Shown: positions 44,306 to 54,729, numbered from the stretch's first letter. The stretch: DNA of 58,678 nucleotides from Candidatus Ventrenecus avicola (GCA_018711945.1 DVHP01000086.1:1-58678), one strand, 5' to 3'. The notes: generated from the letters alone by a model not told the origin. Made by a program: numbers and translations.

Positions 44306-46621
44306 TTATTGTTTTGTTTCTTCTTTTTTCAAGAAGTTTTTGTCACTTGTTAAATATACATTTTGTTTGTTTGTATGATAGCAAATGTCTTTTAATTTGC
44401 AATATTCACAACTGATGTTTGTTTTATTATCAATGATTTTAGAAGTCATAGGAAATTCCCCATTTTGGATTTCTAAAGCATCTTTTTCTATGAAGTTTTT
44501 AGCAACACTCGTTAATGTATCCATATCGCTTTCGTCTAGTACTTTTGCATATTGATAGAATTCTCCGTCACTTTTTGTTTTTAAACCATTAATGATTTTA
44601 GAGTCGTTGTAGTTTTTGTCGACATATTGTAGTATTTTTTGATTTCTATTGCTGTATCCTTGTAATTTTAAAGCATCTTTTTTTTGCATTTCGTACGTTT
44701 TTTTGTCGTTTCTATTTATTCTATTTGGTAAGATGTTTTGAAAATAAATTCCTCCAACAGAGGCACTTTTAAATTGTTCTGTATGTTTTATTAAATATAA
44801 ATAAAGAGGAAGTTGTAGGCTAAATCCTAAGGGGATTAATTCTTTTAAAATCTTGGTAGAACCCGTTTTATAATCTATTAGACATACGATGGTGTTTTCT
44901 TTTGTTTTTTGATATTTGATTTTGTCAATTCTACCTTCAAAAGCAGATGGTAGAGGACTAGGAACTTCAATATAAAGTTCTGTTTCAAATGTTTCATATG
45001 GTAAGTCCATTTCACTTTCTTGTGTGCTTATGGTATCTAGTATGTTTTTTAGTTCGGGTTTTAATTTTTCTAAAAAATACTTTTCTTTCCAGTTTGCTTC
45101 AAAGTCTGTGGATAATTCGTCATATAAGGACTCCCAATTTTCTGTATCTTTGTGTTCTAAAATTTTATGAAAGAGATTTCCGATAATTAATGTGAAAGTA
45201 CTTTCGTAAGGAATGATTTTTAGAATGTAAGTTATGAAGTAACGGAAAGGACACTTATTATAAATATCAATTGAGGTATAGGAAAGCTTTAGTTCTTTTA
45301 AATAAGTGTGTAAGGTATTAGTAGGTATTTTACTATAGTTATTATCGTAAGTTCGATAAGGAATTTGGTAATGGGTTTTTAGAAATTCTAGATTTTTTGA
45401 AGTGGTATTGTATTTTACATATTCATCGGTTTCTATTCCTAAATAAATTTGATTTAGTAAGTGAGATGTGTTCCATTTTAGTTCGGGGTGTGAAGGTTCT
45501 TCTAAATATTTTAAAAGTGGAGAAGGGTAGCACTCGGAACCATTTTTTGTTCGTTTGTATGTAATAGTCATGTGTTGACAACTTTTTATTTTTTCTAAAG
45601 CGATTGTTTTGGATAGTTTGTTTTTTTCGGTAGTTGTGTCTTCGTTGATGCTTCTTAGTACTTTATCTGGTAAGTAGTTTTCATCTTTATAAATAGTTGG
45701 AAAGTCGTTGTTGCAGCCTAAGAGAAAAATATAGGTATCCTTTTCTGGTTCTAATTCATCAAATTGTACTTCTTCTATAGCGTTTTTATTTTTTTGTTTT
45801 TTTCTTTTTGTTGTGGATAACTCGTTTGTTATAAACATGCTCGCATTTTTTAGATGAATATATTTATTTGCTATTTCGATGATTTGATTGTAGATAGTTA
45901 TTGTATCTTCTGTGGTTAATAATGGCTCCAGTTCTATTAAAGCCTCTTTTGGAGACATCATTTTTAAGTTGTTTAGAAACGTATTTCCGATATGCGTTTG
46001 GTTTAAAGTTGGATCATTTGAAAGATTTACTGGAATGTGCTGTAATTTAAATATTCTTTCTATTGCAGGATAGTAATCACTTTTTAAGTTTGTAAGTTTT
46101 ATTTGTTCTGGTAAAATATGATTCGTTAGTAATTCGTGAATTTGTTCACTTACAAAGAGAACTTCATCTTCTAGAGTTTCTAATTCGTATATTTTTGAAG
46201 AGTAGTTTTCCGTTGTAGACTTTTCAAATTTTATAGAGAATGGTTCTAACCAATTTTCTAAATGTTTGGTTTTAGGAAGGTAAATTAGAATTTCTTTCTT
46301 TTTTAATTCTTCTTTTAATAGTTCGTTTGGTTCTAGGAGATTTTGATTTATTAATTCTTTTTTTAATTTGGTTAAAAATTCGCCTTTTTCTCCGGTTATT
46401 TTTTCTACAGGATATTTGATGATTTGTTCTAGGTATATTTTAGCAATATCAAGTAGAACATGATAGTTTGTGATGATGTAGTCAAGTGTTTTCTCTGTAT
46501 ATTTATAAGGATAGATTGCTTCTAGTTCCTTTAATGTCATTATTTTTATATTGTCAAAAGGATTTTTTTCTTTTAATTGTTTTTTCTTTTTTTCTTTTGT
46601 TGTTATTATTATTTTTTGCAT
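44306..46621 (-). CDS. addB: ATP-dependent helicase/nuclease subunit B (AddB/RexB), short form
   Basis: 771 aa. Nuclease motif GRIDKI...CLIDYKTG. Fe-S cysteines CPFRYF ... CEYCKLKDIC. I see no N-terminal Walker A. Confidence 0.85.
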   Translation of the reverse strand: MQKIIITTKEKKKKQLKEKNPFDNIKIMTLKELEAIYPYKYTEKTLDYIITNYHVLLDIAKIYLEQIIKYPVEKITGEKGEFLTKLKKELINQNLLEPNELLKEELKKKEILIYLPKTKHLENWLEPFSIKFEKSTTENYSSKIYELETLEDEVLFVSEQIHELLTNHILPEQIKLTNLKSDYYPAIERIFKLQHIPVNLSNDPTLNQTHIGNTFLNNLKMMSPKEALIELEPLLTTEDTITIYNQIIEIANKYIHLKNASMFITNELSTTKRKKQKNKNAIEEVQFDELEPEKDTYIFLLGCNNDFPTIYKDENYLPDKVLRSINEDTTTEKNKLSKTIALEKIKSCQHMTITYKRTKNGSECYPSPLLKYLEEPSHPELKWNTSHLLNQIYLGIETDEYVKYNTTSKNLEFLKTHYQIPYRTYDNNYSKIPTNTLHTYLKELKLSYTSIDIYNKCPFRYFITYILKIIPYESTFTLIIGNLFHKILEHKDTENWESLYDELSTDFEANWKEKYFLEKLKPELKNILDTISTQESEMDLPYETFETELYIEVPSPLPSAFEGRIDKIKYQKTKENTIVCLIDYKTGSTKILKELIPLGFSLQLPLYLYLIKHTEQFKSASVGGIYFQNILPNRINRNDKKTYEMQKKDALKLQGYSNRNQKILQYVDKNYNDSKIINGLKTKSDGEFYQYAKVLDESDMDTLTSVAKNFIEKDALEIQNGEFPMTSKIIDNKTNISCEYCKLKDICYHTNKQNVYLTSDKNFLKKEETKQ

Positions 46622-46656
46622 AGAACCACCAAAGTTATTATAACATGTTTTCTGGT

Positions 46657-46893
46657 TTATTTTTTATTCATAATGCTTTTTTTATAAGGTCTTTTTTCAT
46701 CTGTTCTTCCTACTAAGTAATCAATACTTGTGTTATAAAAATCTGCTAATATATTTAATCTGTCAATTGGGATAAGTTGAATTCCTAGTTCGTATTTTGA
46801 ATATTGTTGTTGGGTGGTATTTAGAAGTTCTGCGATTTCTTGTTGGTTTATATCTTTATCTTCTCTAATTTCTTTTAAACGATTTATATTCAT
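46657..46893 (-). CDS. XRE-family HTH transcriptional regulator
   Basis: 78 aa from ATG 46893 (GGTGA RBS). INQQEIAELLNTTQQQYSKYE HTH. 35 bp upstream of addB on the same strand. Confidence 0.85.
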   Translation of the reverse strand: MNINRLKEIREDKDINQQEIAELLNTTQQQYSKYELGIQLIPIDRLNILADFYNTSIDYLVGRTDEKRPYKKSIMNKK

Positions 46894-47488
46894 AGATTTC
46901 ACCTATAGGTATTGTTTCATACATCTTTTTTAGTTCTAAATATACAACATTTTCTAAAATATGCCCCATATCTTTACCAGAGTTTTGGCCTAGCATGTAA
47001 TATCTAAGACCGATATCTATGGCATAATATTTTTCTTGTGTTTTTAAATATTCTTTTTCTTTAATATCATATCTATTTGCTCTAAATATTAAGTAACTAT
47101 CTAACAGTGCATTAATGTAATTGGATATTGTATTGTAAGATGAGTTTTTTTCTAGTCCTTCTATGTTATTTACGATGCTTTTGATACTTGTTTTGTTACA
47201 AATATTATCATATAAATATTTCGTAATTCTTTCTAAGAGATTTTTATCAGTTATTCCTTTTCTTTGCATTACGTCTTTAAATAGTATTGTATTATATATT
47301 CCATTTAGAAACATGTTAATATTTTCTGGATTTATTTTGTATAGTTCTACGGCTTGAGGAAAAGAGCTGTATCTTAAATAATCTCTAAATTTTCTTGAGA
47401 TATCTGTTTGGGCATCAAAAACGGAAATATATTCTTTAAATGATAAGGGAAGCATTTTTATTTCTATATATCTTTTTTCTGCTGTCAA
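46865..47488 (-). pseudogene. remnant of an AAA/DUF4143-family ATPase gene (missing the P-loop N-terminus and the C-terminal nuclease-like end)
   Basis: 207-aa ORF with LPLSFKEYI and SSFPQAV blocks typical of the family middle region. No Walker A. The 3' end runs into the XRE gene. Confidence 0.6.
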
Positions 47489-47514
47489 CTTTCTGTTTTT
47501 CTTTTGCTCTTAGC

Positions 47515-47546
47515 TTGTCAATATTCTTCTTCAGTTGTAATATAAT
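47515..47546 (+). promoter_or_regulatory. promoter of 47578..48387
   Basis: TTGTCA (47515-47520), 17-nt spacer, TAATAT (47538-47543), overlapping a TATAAT at 47541-47546. Confidence 0.45.
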
Positions 47547-47577
47547 AGAGTAAGTATGAATTTGAAAGGAGAATGCG

Positions 47578-48387
47578 ATGGTAGTAAAAGAATTACAACA
47601 TATTTATGAGGAATTAAAGCATAAAAAAAAGAGTTTAAACTCTATTGAGTCGAAGATAAATGATTTATATACTGATATTTTAAAACTTAGCGCACAGATA
47701 GATGAATCTGAGAAATTTCTACGAATATATAATGATAAGGCACAGCTTTTAAATGCGTTAAACACTGAGAAAAAGAGATTAGAAAGTGAAATTAGTTCTT
47801 TAAGTAAACAATTAACGAATCATTATGATGCAAGAATGAAATACCAAACTCATGATATGACACAACTAGGGGAAATTCTTGCTTATTTTGTCTCTTGTTA
47901 TAAGGGAATTTCATACGAATTTCAAAGGGGAAATTTAGTTGCTTCTGATGTTTTTGAAATGCCGATTTTTTTGCTAGTTCGTGATAATAGTGGGCTTTCT
48001 TCTTATGATTTTATGGCAAAAAAAGATCAGCAAGGACTGATACATTCTAAAGTACTTCAAATACTTTATCAATATCAGATTGTGATACCTTTGCCACTGC
48101 AACAAAGGCTAGGTATGGAAGATAGTAGTGATGTAGAGTATCAAATATTGAATAAAGAAGATCATCCTTATGAACTTTATGTTTCTTCTATGAATTACTA
48201 TGAACATAGTAAAAAAGCTTTTTATATTGAAGAAATTATTAGTGATTTTTTGATTCAGATTTTTTTGTATAAATCTAATATGAATAGGAATCTGTTGAAT
48301 GATAATGAACTTACTTGTTTAGCAGATTCGTTTATAAAGGAAATATCTTTAGAAGAAACGCGAAAAAAAACTAAGAAAAAGAAGTGA
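47578..48387 (+). CDS. hypothetical coiled-coil protein; possible distant third member of the 5114/14773 family
   Basis: 269 aa. AAAGGAG RBS. N-terminal heptad region. Weak block similarity only (LGEILAYF..CYKG, FLIQIFLYKSNMNRN). Confidence 0.7.
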   Translation: MVVKELQHIYEELKHKKKSLNSIESKINDLYTDILKLSAQIDESEKFLRIYNDKAQLLNALNTEKKRLESEISSLSKQLTNHYDARMKYQTHDMTQLGEILAYFVSCYKGISYEFQRGNLVASDVFEMPIFLLVRDNSGLSSYDFMAKKDQQGLIHSKVLQILYQYQIVIPLPLQQRLGMEDSSDVEYQILNKEDHPYELYVSSMNYYEHSKKAFYIEEIISDFLIQIFLYKSNMNRNLLNDNELTCLADSFIKEISLEETRKKTKKKK

Positions 48388-48394
48388 TTTTTGA

Positions 48395-48423
48395 TTTACA
48401 AAGAACATAATTTTTGCTAAAAT
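48395..48423 (+). promoter_or_regulatory. promoter of the rpsF-ssb-rpsR operon
   Basis: TTTACA (48395-48400), 17-nt spacer, TAAAAT (48418-48423), with a TG extended -10. Confidence 0.55.
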
Positions 48424-48497
48424 AAGTGGCGAGTAAGAGATTACTCCTTGCTTTTTACTTTGATAAAAAGCCAATAGACCATAAGGAGGTGTAGAAA

Positions 48498-48788
48498 GTG
48501 AACAAATATGAAATTATGTTTATCGTGAAGGCTACTATGGAAAGTGCAGATGTTAAGAAAAGTGCAGAAACTTATAAGAACTTAATTGAAACACTTAAAG
48601 GTAAAGTAGTAGAAGCGAAGGAACTAGGCGAAAAGAAGCTTGCTTATCCTATTAAAAAAGAACTTAATGGATATTATTATGTAATGCAAGTAGAAGCTAA
48701 TAAAGAAGCGATTCAAGAATTTGATCGTAAAATTCGTTTAGATGAAACTATTTTAAGACATTTGATTATTCGTCAAGAAGAGGAGTAA
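48498..48788 (+). CDS. rpsF: 30S ribosomal protein S6
   Basis: 96 aa. GTG start after GGAGGTG. N-terminus NKYEIMFIV. Confidence 0.93.
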   Translation: MNKYEIMFIVKATMESADVKKSAETYKNLIETLKGKVVEAKELGEKKLAYPIKKELNGYYYVMQVEANKEAIQEFDRKIRLDETILRHLIIRQEEE

Positions 48789-48791
48789 AAT

Positions 48792-49268
48792 ATGAATAAA
48801 GTAATTTTAATAGGAAGATTGTCAAGAGATCCTGAAATGAGAACTACTGGTAGTGGGATTGCAGTTACACGTTTTACTGTAGCTGTTTCAAGACCTTATA
48901 ATCCTCAAAATGGACAACCGGCAACAGATTTTCTTAATTGTGTTGCATGGAGACGGCAAGCAGAAAATATCGCCAAGTATTGTAGTAAAGGCTCTCAAGT
49001 GGCTGTGGAAGGAAGAATTCAAACAGGAAGTTATGATGGTAATGATGGACAAAGACATTATACAACAGATATTGTTGCGGATAATGTTACGTTCTTAGGT
49101 AGTCGTAGTAATGCTACTGATACATCAAATTTCTCAAATGCTGATTATTCTCAGCCTATGCCAAGTTATAATGAGCCTCAAGAAATGGAGACTACTGATG
49201 TATCAGAAGATCCATTTAAAGATTTTGGAGATGAAATTGCCTTGTCCGACGATGATCTTCCATTCTAG
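48792..49268 (+). CDS. ssb: single-stranded DNA-binding protein
   Basis: 158 aa. [17 protein letters not shown]-fold start. C-terminal acidic tip DDDLPF. Confidence 0.95.
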   Translation: MNKVILIGRLSRDPEMRTTGSGIAVTRFTVAVSRPYNPQNGQPATDFLNCVAWRRQAENIAKYCSKGSQVAVEGRIQTGSYDGNDGQRHYTTDIVADNVTFLGSRSNATDTSNFSNADYSQPMPSYNEPQEMETTDVSEDPFKDFGDEIALSDDDLPF

Positions 49269-49285
49269 GAAAGGAGAACGTACTA

Positions 49286-49501
49286 ATGGCTGAATTTAGA
49301 AGAAAGAAGAAAAAAATATGTCAAATGTGTGCTGGTAAAAGCGTAGATTATAAAGACGTTATGATTATTAATAAATATATCAGTGAAAAAGGAAAAATTT
49401 TACCTAGACGTATGACTGGTGCTTGTGCAAAACATCAAAGACATATTGCCGAGCAAATTAAATATGCTAGATTTATGGCTTTAATTCCATTTGTGAAATA
49501 G
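49286..49501 (+). CDS. rpsR: 30S ribosomal protein S18
   Basis: 71 aa. [24 protein letters not shown]...KHQR. Confidence 0.95.
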   Translation: MAEFRRKKKKICQMCAGKSVDYKDVMIINKYISEKGKILPRRMTGACAKHQRHIAEQIKYARFMALIPFVK

Positions 49502-49534
49502 GAATACTTTTTTGATAAAAGTGTTCTTTTTTTT
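49502..49534 (+). terminator. Rho-independent terminator after rpsR
   Basis: 10-bp stem GAATACTTTT / AAAAGTGTTC (one wobble), 5-nt loop, T8. Confidence 0.7.
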
Positions 49535-49586
49535 CTATGAATTGTTTTCTTTTTCGATTATACTAGTAAATGAATGGAGTGATAAA

Positions 49587-50555
49587 ATGTTAGTAAGTGA
49601 ACTAAAACAGGAATTAGAGAAATATGATAAAAAAGAACTTATAAAAATCGCTGCAGAACTTTATAAACGAGTTTCAAAGGCAAAAAAAGAAGAATATCAG
49701 ATTGATGAGTTCATTAAAGACTTTAAATTGCAGACAAAGCCTCAAGAAAAAAAGGTTTCTTTGTCAGATTTGCAAAATGAGATTCTTGAATTTTTAAGTG
49801 ATGTGGATCAAGGGTATTATGCATCGCCTAATCGAAAAGTTTCTAAAAAGGAACGAAGTGGATGGAGATTTAAAGTTAAAAGGTATTATAAGGAACTTAT
49901 TTCGTATGATGCGGGTAGTATGGAAGGTGTTTTGGCTACGGATTTACTTATTGAAATTTATAAAAGAATTAGTCGTGGTTCTAACTATCTTTTGTTTGCT
50001 AATTGGGAGACTTTTCGTGCAATTGGAGTGAGTCAATATGAATATAGTAATATGCTTTTTACAAGGATTTTGAATCGTGGGCACAGTGAAAATACTCTAA
50101 AAAAATGTATCGATCTTTTGGGACTTCCTTCTGATCCATATGAAAGTTTATCTAGAGATGTTTATGATACGTTTATTTCTCATTTAGTTTCTTCGGATGA
50201 TAAACACTTTGTAATTCAAGTATTAATGGAAAAAGTAGGAGAGTTGGAAGAAAAGAAAAAAGAATATGAAAAGCAGCGAAAAGAAACTTTTTATTTACAA
50301 GAAGAAATCAATGACTGTACTATGTGTATTTTGGATATTAGCATTTTACTTGGAGAAATAGATAAAGGAATTAAATATTATCATAAATATTATGATTATT
50401 CTACTGCGGAAGTTAAGGAATATGTATTGCTTGAGGAATTAGAAAGATATGAGCTTTATTCGGAATGGATTCAAGAATATGAACGTCATTCTTTAGATTA
50501 TCGTGATACTTTACAAGAAAAATATAAAAAATTTAAATGTATGACATTTAATTAA
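49587..50555 (+). CDS. hypothetical protein inserted between rpsR and rplI
   Basis: 322 aa from ATG 49587 (GGAGTG RBS). The ORF-track start at 49512 lies inside the terminator. No recognisable catalytic motif. Confidence 0.7.
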   Translation: MLVSELKQELEKYDKKELIKIAAELYKRVSKAKKEEYQIDEFIKDFKLQTKPQEKKVSLSDLQNEILEFLSDVDQGYYASPNRKVSKKERSGWRFKVKRYYKELISYDAGSMEGVLATDLLIEIYKRISRGSNYLLFANWETFRAIGVSQYEYSNMLFTRILNRGHSENTLKKCIDLLGLPSDPYESLSRDVYDTFISHLVSSDDKHFVIQVLMEKVGELEEKKKEYEKQRKETFYLQEEINDCTMCILDISILLGEIDKGIKYYHKYYDYSTAEVKEYVLLEELERYELYSEWIQEYERHSLDYRDTLQEKYKKFKCMTFN

Positions 50556-50613
50556 GTGTTTATATTCATGAGTTTTTTGATATAATATAGTGCATATATA
50601 TAAGGAGGTCGTT

Positions 50614-51054
50614 ATGAAAGTTATTTTACTTAAAGATGTGAAAGGTCAAGGAAAAAAAGATGATATTATTGATGTTAGTGATGGGTATGCTACGAACTTT
50701 TTAATTAAAAAGGGACTTGCCGTTGCTGAGACAAAACGGAGTAAAGAAGTGCTTGATAAGTCATTACTTCAAAGACATTTGGAAGAAGAAGATCGAGTGA
50801 AAGAATTTGAAGAAATACGAAAGGTGTTGGAAAAGAAAGTTCTTACTTTTTCTGTGAAAACGGGAAAAGATGATAAAGTATTTGGAATGGTTTCTACGAA
50901 ACAAATTAGTGATGAATTAAAAAAATTGGGATATTCTATTGATAAAAAATGTATTAAGTTAGACCATCCACTGGATACTTTAGGAAGTCATCTTATTACG
51001 ATTGAACTTCATAAAAGAGTTGTTTTTCAAATGAAAGTAGTTTTAAAAAAGTAG
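50614..51054 (+). CDS. rplI: 50S ribosomal protein L9
   Basis: 146 aa. AAGGAGG RBS. MKVILLKDVKGQGKKDDIIDVSDGYATNFL. Confidence 0.95.
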   Translation: MKVILLKDVKGQGKKDDIIDVSDGYATNFLIKKGLAVAETKRSKEVLDKSLLQRHLEEEDRVKEFEEIRKVLEKKVLTFSVKTGKDDKVFGMVSTKQISDELKKLGYSIDKKCIKLDHPLDTLGSHLITIELHKRVVFQMKVVLKK

Positions 51055-51063
51055 GTGAAGTAT

Positions 51064-52413
51064 ATGGCAGCTAGAGAAATGCCACAAAATGTAGAAGCAG
51101 AAATGAGTGTTTTAGGAGTTGTATTTTTAAATTCTCATGCTATGGAAAAAATTATGGAGAATATTACAGAAGATATGTTTTTTGTAGATGCTCATAAGAA
51201 GATTTTTCAAGCATTAGTGGAACTTTATAAAAGTAATACGCCAATTGATATTACTACTGTTAAAAATGAACTTGATAAGCAGAAGAATTTAAACGCAATC
51301 GGAGGGATCGATTATTTAACTGAGGTAATAAGTTCTGTTGTTACTAGTGCAAATTTGGATTATTATATTGAGATTGTGAAAGAAAAAGCGACAAGAAGAA
51401 GACTTATTGATACGGCAACGAATATTATTACAGATGCTTATAATGAAGAAGAAGGGCTTACAAAACTTCTTGATAGTTCTGAACAAAAACTTTTGAATGT
51501 TATTCGAACTCGTAAAACAAGTGAGTTTAAACCAATTAGTGAAGCGTTAAGAGAAGCACATGAAAATTTAGAGAGAATGAGTAAAAATAGAAGTGCTGTT
51601 ACGGGTCTTTCTACTGGGTTTGTTGATTTAGATAAAGCAACGGCGGGATTACATGAAGGAGAACTTATTATTTTAGCGGCTCGTCCTGGTATGGGAAAAA
51701 CAGCATTTGCACTTAATATTGCGACGAATGCAGCGATGACTACGGATAAGGCTGTTGCGATTTTTAACTTGGAAATGAGTGCTGAACAACTTGTTAATCG
51801 TATGATTAGTGCAGTAGGGCAAATTGAAGGCGATAAGTTAAAAACGGGTATGCTAAATGATAATGATTGGAAACGTTATACAGAAGCGATGAGTGAGCTT
51901 GCAGATACGAATATTTATATTGAAGATGATGCTTCTGTGACAGCTCCTGAAATTAAGGCGAAGTGTCGAAGACTTGCAACAAGCCCTAAGGGGTTAGGGC
52001 TTGTTGTGATCGACTATTTGCAGTTAGTTACAACCGGTGGCCGTGTAGAGTCAAGACAAGTGGAAGTTTCTGAAATTTCTCGTGCTTTTAAGACGATGGC
52101 AATGGAACTTAAAGTACCAGTGATTGCATTAGCACAGTTATCACGTAATGCAGAAAGACGTGAGTCTAATCAACCAAGACTTGCTGACTTGCGTGAGTCT
52201 GGTTCTATCGAGCAAGATGCCGATTTAGTACTCTTTTTAAACCGTCAAGATTATTTTGAAACAAAGACTGCAGAAAATAAAAGTAATATTGTTCCTGTTG
52301 ATGTGATTATCGCGAAACATAGACGTGGTGGTACAGGGTTATTTCAGATTTTGTTTGAGTTAAATAAAAGTTGTTTTAAACCTTATTCCCCTTTAAATGA
52401 AAATGATTTTTAG
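51064..52413 (+). CDS. dnaB: replicative DNA helicase
   Basis: 449 aa. PQNVEAEMSVLG N-terminus, Walker A ARPGMGKTAFA, VIDYLQL, SGSIEQDAD. Confidence 0.95.
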   Translation: MAAREMPQNVEAEMSVLGVVFLNSHAMEKIMENITEDMFFVDAHKKIFQALVELYKSNTPIDITTVKNELDKQKNLNAIGGIDYLTEVISSVVTSANLDYYIEIVKEKATRRRLIDTATNIITDAYNEEEGLTKLLDSSEQKLLNVIRTRKTSEFKPISEALREAHENLERMSKNRSAVTGLSTGFVDLDKATAGLHEGELIILAARPGMGKTAFALNIATNAAMTTDKAVAIFNLEMSAEQLVNRMISAVGQIEGDKLKTGMLNDNDWKRYTEAMSELADTNIYIEDDASVTAPEIKAKCRRLATSPKGLGLVVIDYLQLVTTGGRVESRQVEVSEISRAFKTMAMELKVPVIALAQLSRNAERRESNQPRLADLRESGSIEQDADLVLFLNRQDYFETKTAENKSNIVPVDVIIAKHRRGGTGLFQILFELNKSCFKPYSPLNENDF

Positions 52414-52431
52414 ATTGATAAGGGGGATTGT

Positions 52432-54708
52432 ATGCAGGTTACTAAGAAAATGTTAGAGAGTCTTTCTTCTTTAGAATTGTACCAAAAATTGTTACCTCTT
52501 ATCCAGAAGTTATGTAAACCATATTCTTATGCAAATTTTAGTGATTCTTTTATAGAAAGTGTAGCAATAGATATTATTACTGATTTAAAAAATGAGTTAT
52601 ATTCTTTTCAAGAAGAAGATTTTACTAAGCTATTTGAAAAACATTTCTGTGCTGGTTTGGAAGAGCAGTTAAAGAAAGATCTTGAAGATGATGAGTTATT
52701 TTCAATTATTATGAATCGTTATATCAAGTTATATTTTAAAAAACTTTACTCTGACTATGATATTTCTAAAGTTATTGGTGTACTACAGAATTTGTCACTT
52801 TTGTTTCAGAAGATTAAATTTCCATTCAATCCTGATTTTTGTTCCAAGATGTTAGAAAATCCTCTTTTTTCTAAATATATTTCTGTAGTGGTTGATACGT
52901 ATCAAGAAAGTATTTGTAAAGGAACTTTGGATTCTTTGAAAGAATTTTCTGATGAAACGTTGTGTATGTTTGTTTCTCTTTATTGTGATTTACATGATAT
53001 ACCAATGAATGAAACTGTGGATGATGAATTAGACGTGGAGTTAGTTGATTCTTTGAATCATGTTAATTCTCTGCAAACGTATTATAATTCTATTCGTAAA
53101 CCTGTTTTAAATCGAGAACAAGAATTAGAACTTATTCAACGTATCAAAGAGGGCGATGAAGAAGCTAGAAATACTATGATTGAGCATAATTTAAGATTAG
53201 TTGTTAGCATTGCCAAACATTATTTGGGACAAGGATTATCATTTGATGATTTAATTCAGGAAGGGAATCTTGGTCTTATGAAGGCGGTAGAAAGATTTGA
53301 TGGCGAGAAAGGCTTTCGATTTTCTACTTATGCAACCTATTGGATTAAACAGACTATTCGTCGTGCATGTACTGATAAGGGAAGAAATATTCGGGTACCC
53401 GAATATATTAAGAATTCTTTAAATCGATTTACAAAAGAGCATGCACGCCTCCAAAAAGAATTGAATCGTGAGCCAACTATAGAGGAGATTGCAGAATATC
53501 TTCATATTTCTCGAGAAAAAGCAAATGAACTATATCGTTTACTTAGTGATACTATCAGTGTTCATCAAATTGTAGGGGATGATGAAGAGAGTAAGATTCT
53601 AGATTTTATTCCGGATTCTAATGACATCGCTACTGATTATATACTTTTGGATATGCAAAGAAATGTCCGGAAGTTACTAGAAGATGTAAATTTGACCGAT
53701 AGGGAAAGAGATATTTTATATTTAAGATTTGGACTTGATTCGCAAGAAATGACATTCCAAGAAATTGCCACAAAATATGGTGTTACTCGAGGACGAATTC
53801 GCCAGATTGAATTAAACGCTATTTCTAAAATACGAAAATCTCCTCATATTATGTCGTATGTTAATTATATGGATTATCCTGAAGAAGCAAGGAACCGTAT
53901 TTTAGAATATCGTAAAAATTATAGAACCGATCCCACTTTTATCCATAAGTCTAGTTATTTTAATCAAAAAAATAAGAAAGCAGATAAAGAAGAGAAACAA
54001 CAAATTTTTAATAAGAAATCTGTGGATGAAAAGGAAGGAAATGATATTATGCCAAAGAAATTAAAAACTATTTTTGAAACGCTTAGGAAGTATGATAGAA
54101 AGAATATTCTTTTTGTTATAGAGCATTTTAATGAAGAAGAAAAAGAGATATTCGACCTTAGAAATGGAGACGATTTAGATCATCCTTCTCATAGGCCAGA
54201 ATGGGAAAGTTCTGAGCATACGCAAAAATATGATTCATTAGTAGGGAAAATGAAATATAAATTAGAAAAAATGCAGAATTTAGATGACCCTGATATAGAA
54301 ATATCAGAGGAAAAACATACTAATCAAATTTCTTCTGAAACAAATTTAGAAAAAGCTTCTGTAGAAGCTCAAACGATTTCTGTTTTAGAGCCTTCTTCTG
54401 TTATAGAAAACAGGGATTTTGTTGCTGCTTTAGGGTTTTTGAGACAAATGCGATTTGATGAAATGTTAAAATATTTAACCCCAAAAGAAGCAGTGATTTT
54501 TTTTCTTAGACTTGGTTATGTAAATGATGTGTATTATACGTCAGAGGCTATTGCTAATTTTTTAGGTATTTCTGTGGAAGAAGTTTGCGAAGTTACTAGA
54601 AAGATATTGCTTTTATATAAGGAAAAAATTAATGGATTACTTGATGAGGCTGTAGAATCGATGGGAAATTTTAGTCCTCAACGAAAAAAAGATGATTCTT
54701 CTAAATAA
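52432..54708 (+). CDS. sigma-70 family (group 1/2-like) RNA polymerase sigma factor with large N- and C-terminal extensions
   Basis: 758 aa. Region 2 [38 protein letters not shown]...[10 protein letters not shown]. Region 4 YLRFGLD...[12 protein letters not shown]. About 230 extra aa N-terminal and about 290 extra aa C-terminal. Confidence 0.85.
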   Translation: MQVTKKMLESLSSLELYQKLLPLIQKLCKPYSYANFSDSFIESVAIDIITDLKNELYSFQEEDFTKLFEKHFCAGLEEQLKKDLEDDELFSIIMNRYIKLYFKKLYSDYDISKVIGVLQNLSLLFQKIKFPFNPDFCSKMLENPLFSKYISVVVDTYQESICKGTLDSLKEFSDETLCMFVSLYCDLHDIPMNETVDDELDVELVDSLNHVNSLQTYYNSIRKPVLNREQELELIQRIKEGDEEARNTMIEHNLRLVVSIAKHYLGQGLSFDDLIQEGNLGLMKAVERFDGEKGFRFSTYATYWIKQTIRRACTDKGRNIRVPEYIKNSLNRFTKEHARLQKELNREPTIEEIAEYLHISREKANELYRLLSDTISVHQIVGDDEESKILDFIPDSNDIATDYILLDMQRNVRKLLEDVNLTDRERDILYLRFGLDSQEMTFQEIATKYGVTRGRIRQIELNAISKIRKSPHIMSYVNYMDYPEEARNRILEYRKNYRTDPTFIHKSSYFNQKNKKADKEEKQQIFNKKSVDEKEGNDIMPKKLKTIFETLRKYDRKNILFVIEHFNEEEKEIFDLRNGDDLDHPSHRPEWESSEHTQKYDSLVGKMKYKLEKMQNLDDPDIEISEEKHTNQISSETNLEKASVEAQTISVLEPSSVIENRDFVAALGFLRQMRFDEMLKYLTPKEAVIFFLRLGYVNDVYYTSEAIANFLGISVEEVCEVTRKILLLYKEKINGLLDEAVESMGNFSPQRKKDDSSK

Positions 54709-54729
54709 TTTTGATATTTTGGGTGTTCG

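Noticed and set aside
49512-49586. Upstream start for the rpsR-rplI intergenic gene
   Set aside because: This segment is the loop, 3' arm and T-tract of the rpsR terminator. ATG 49587 has a proper RBS.
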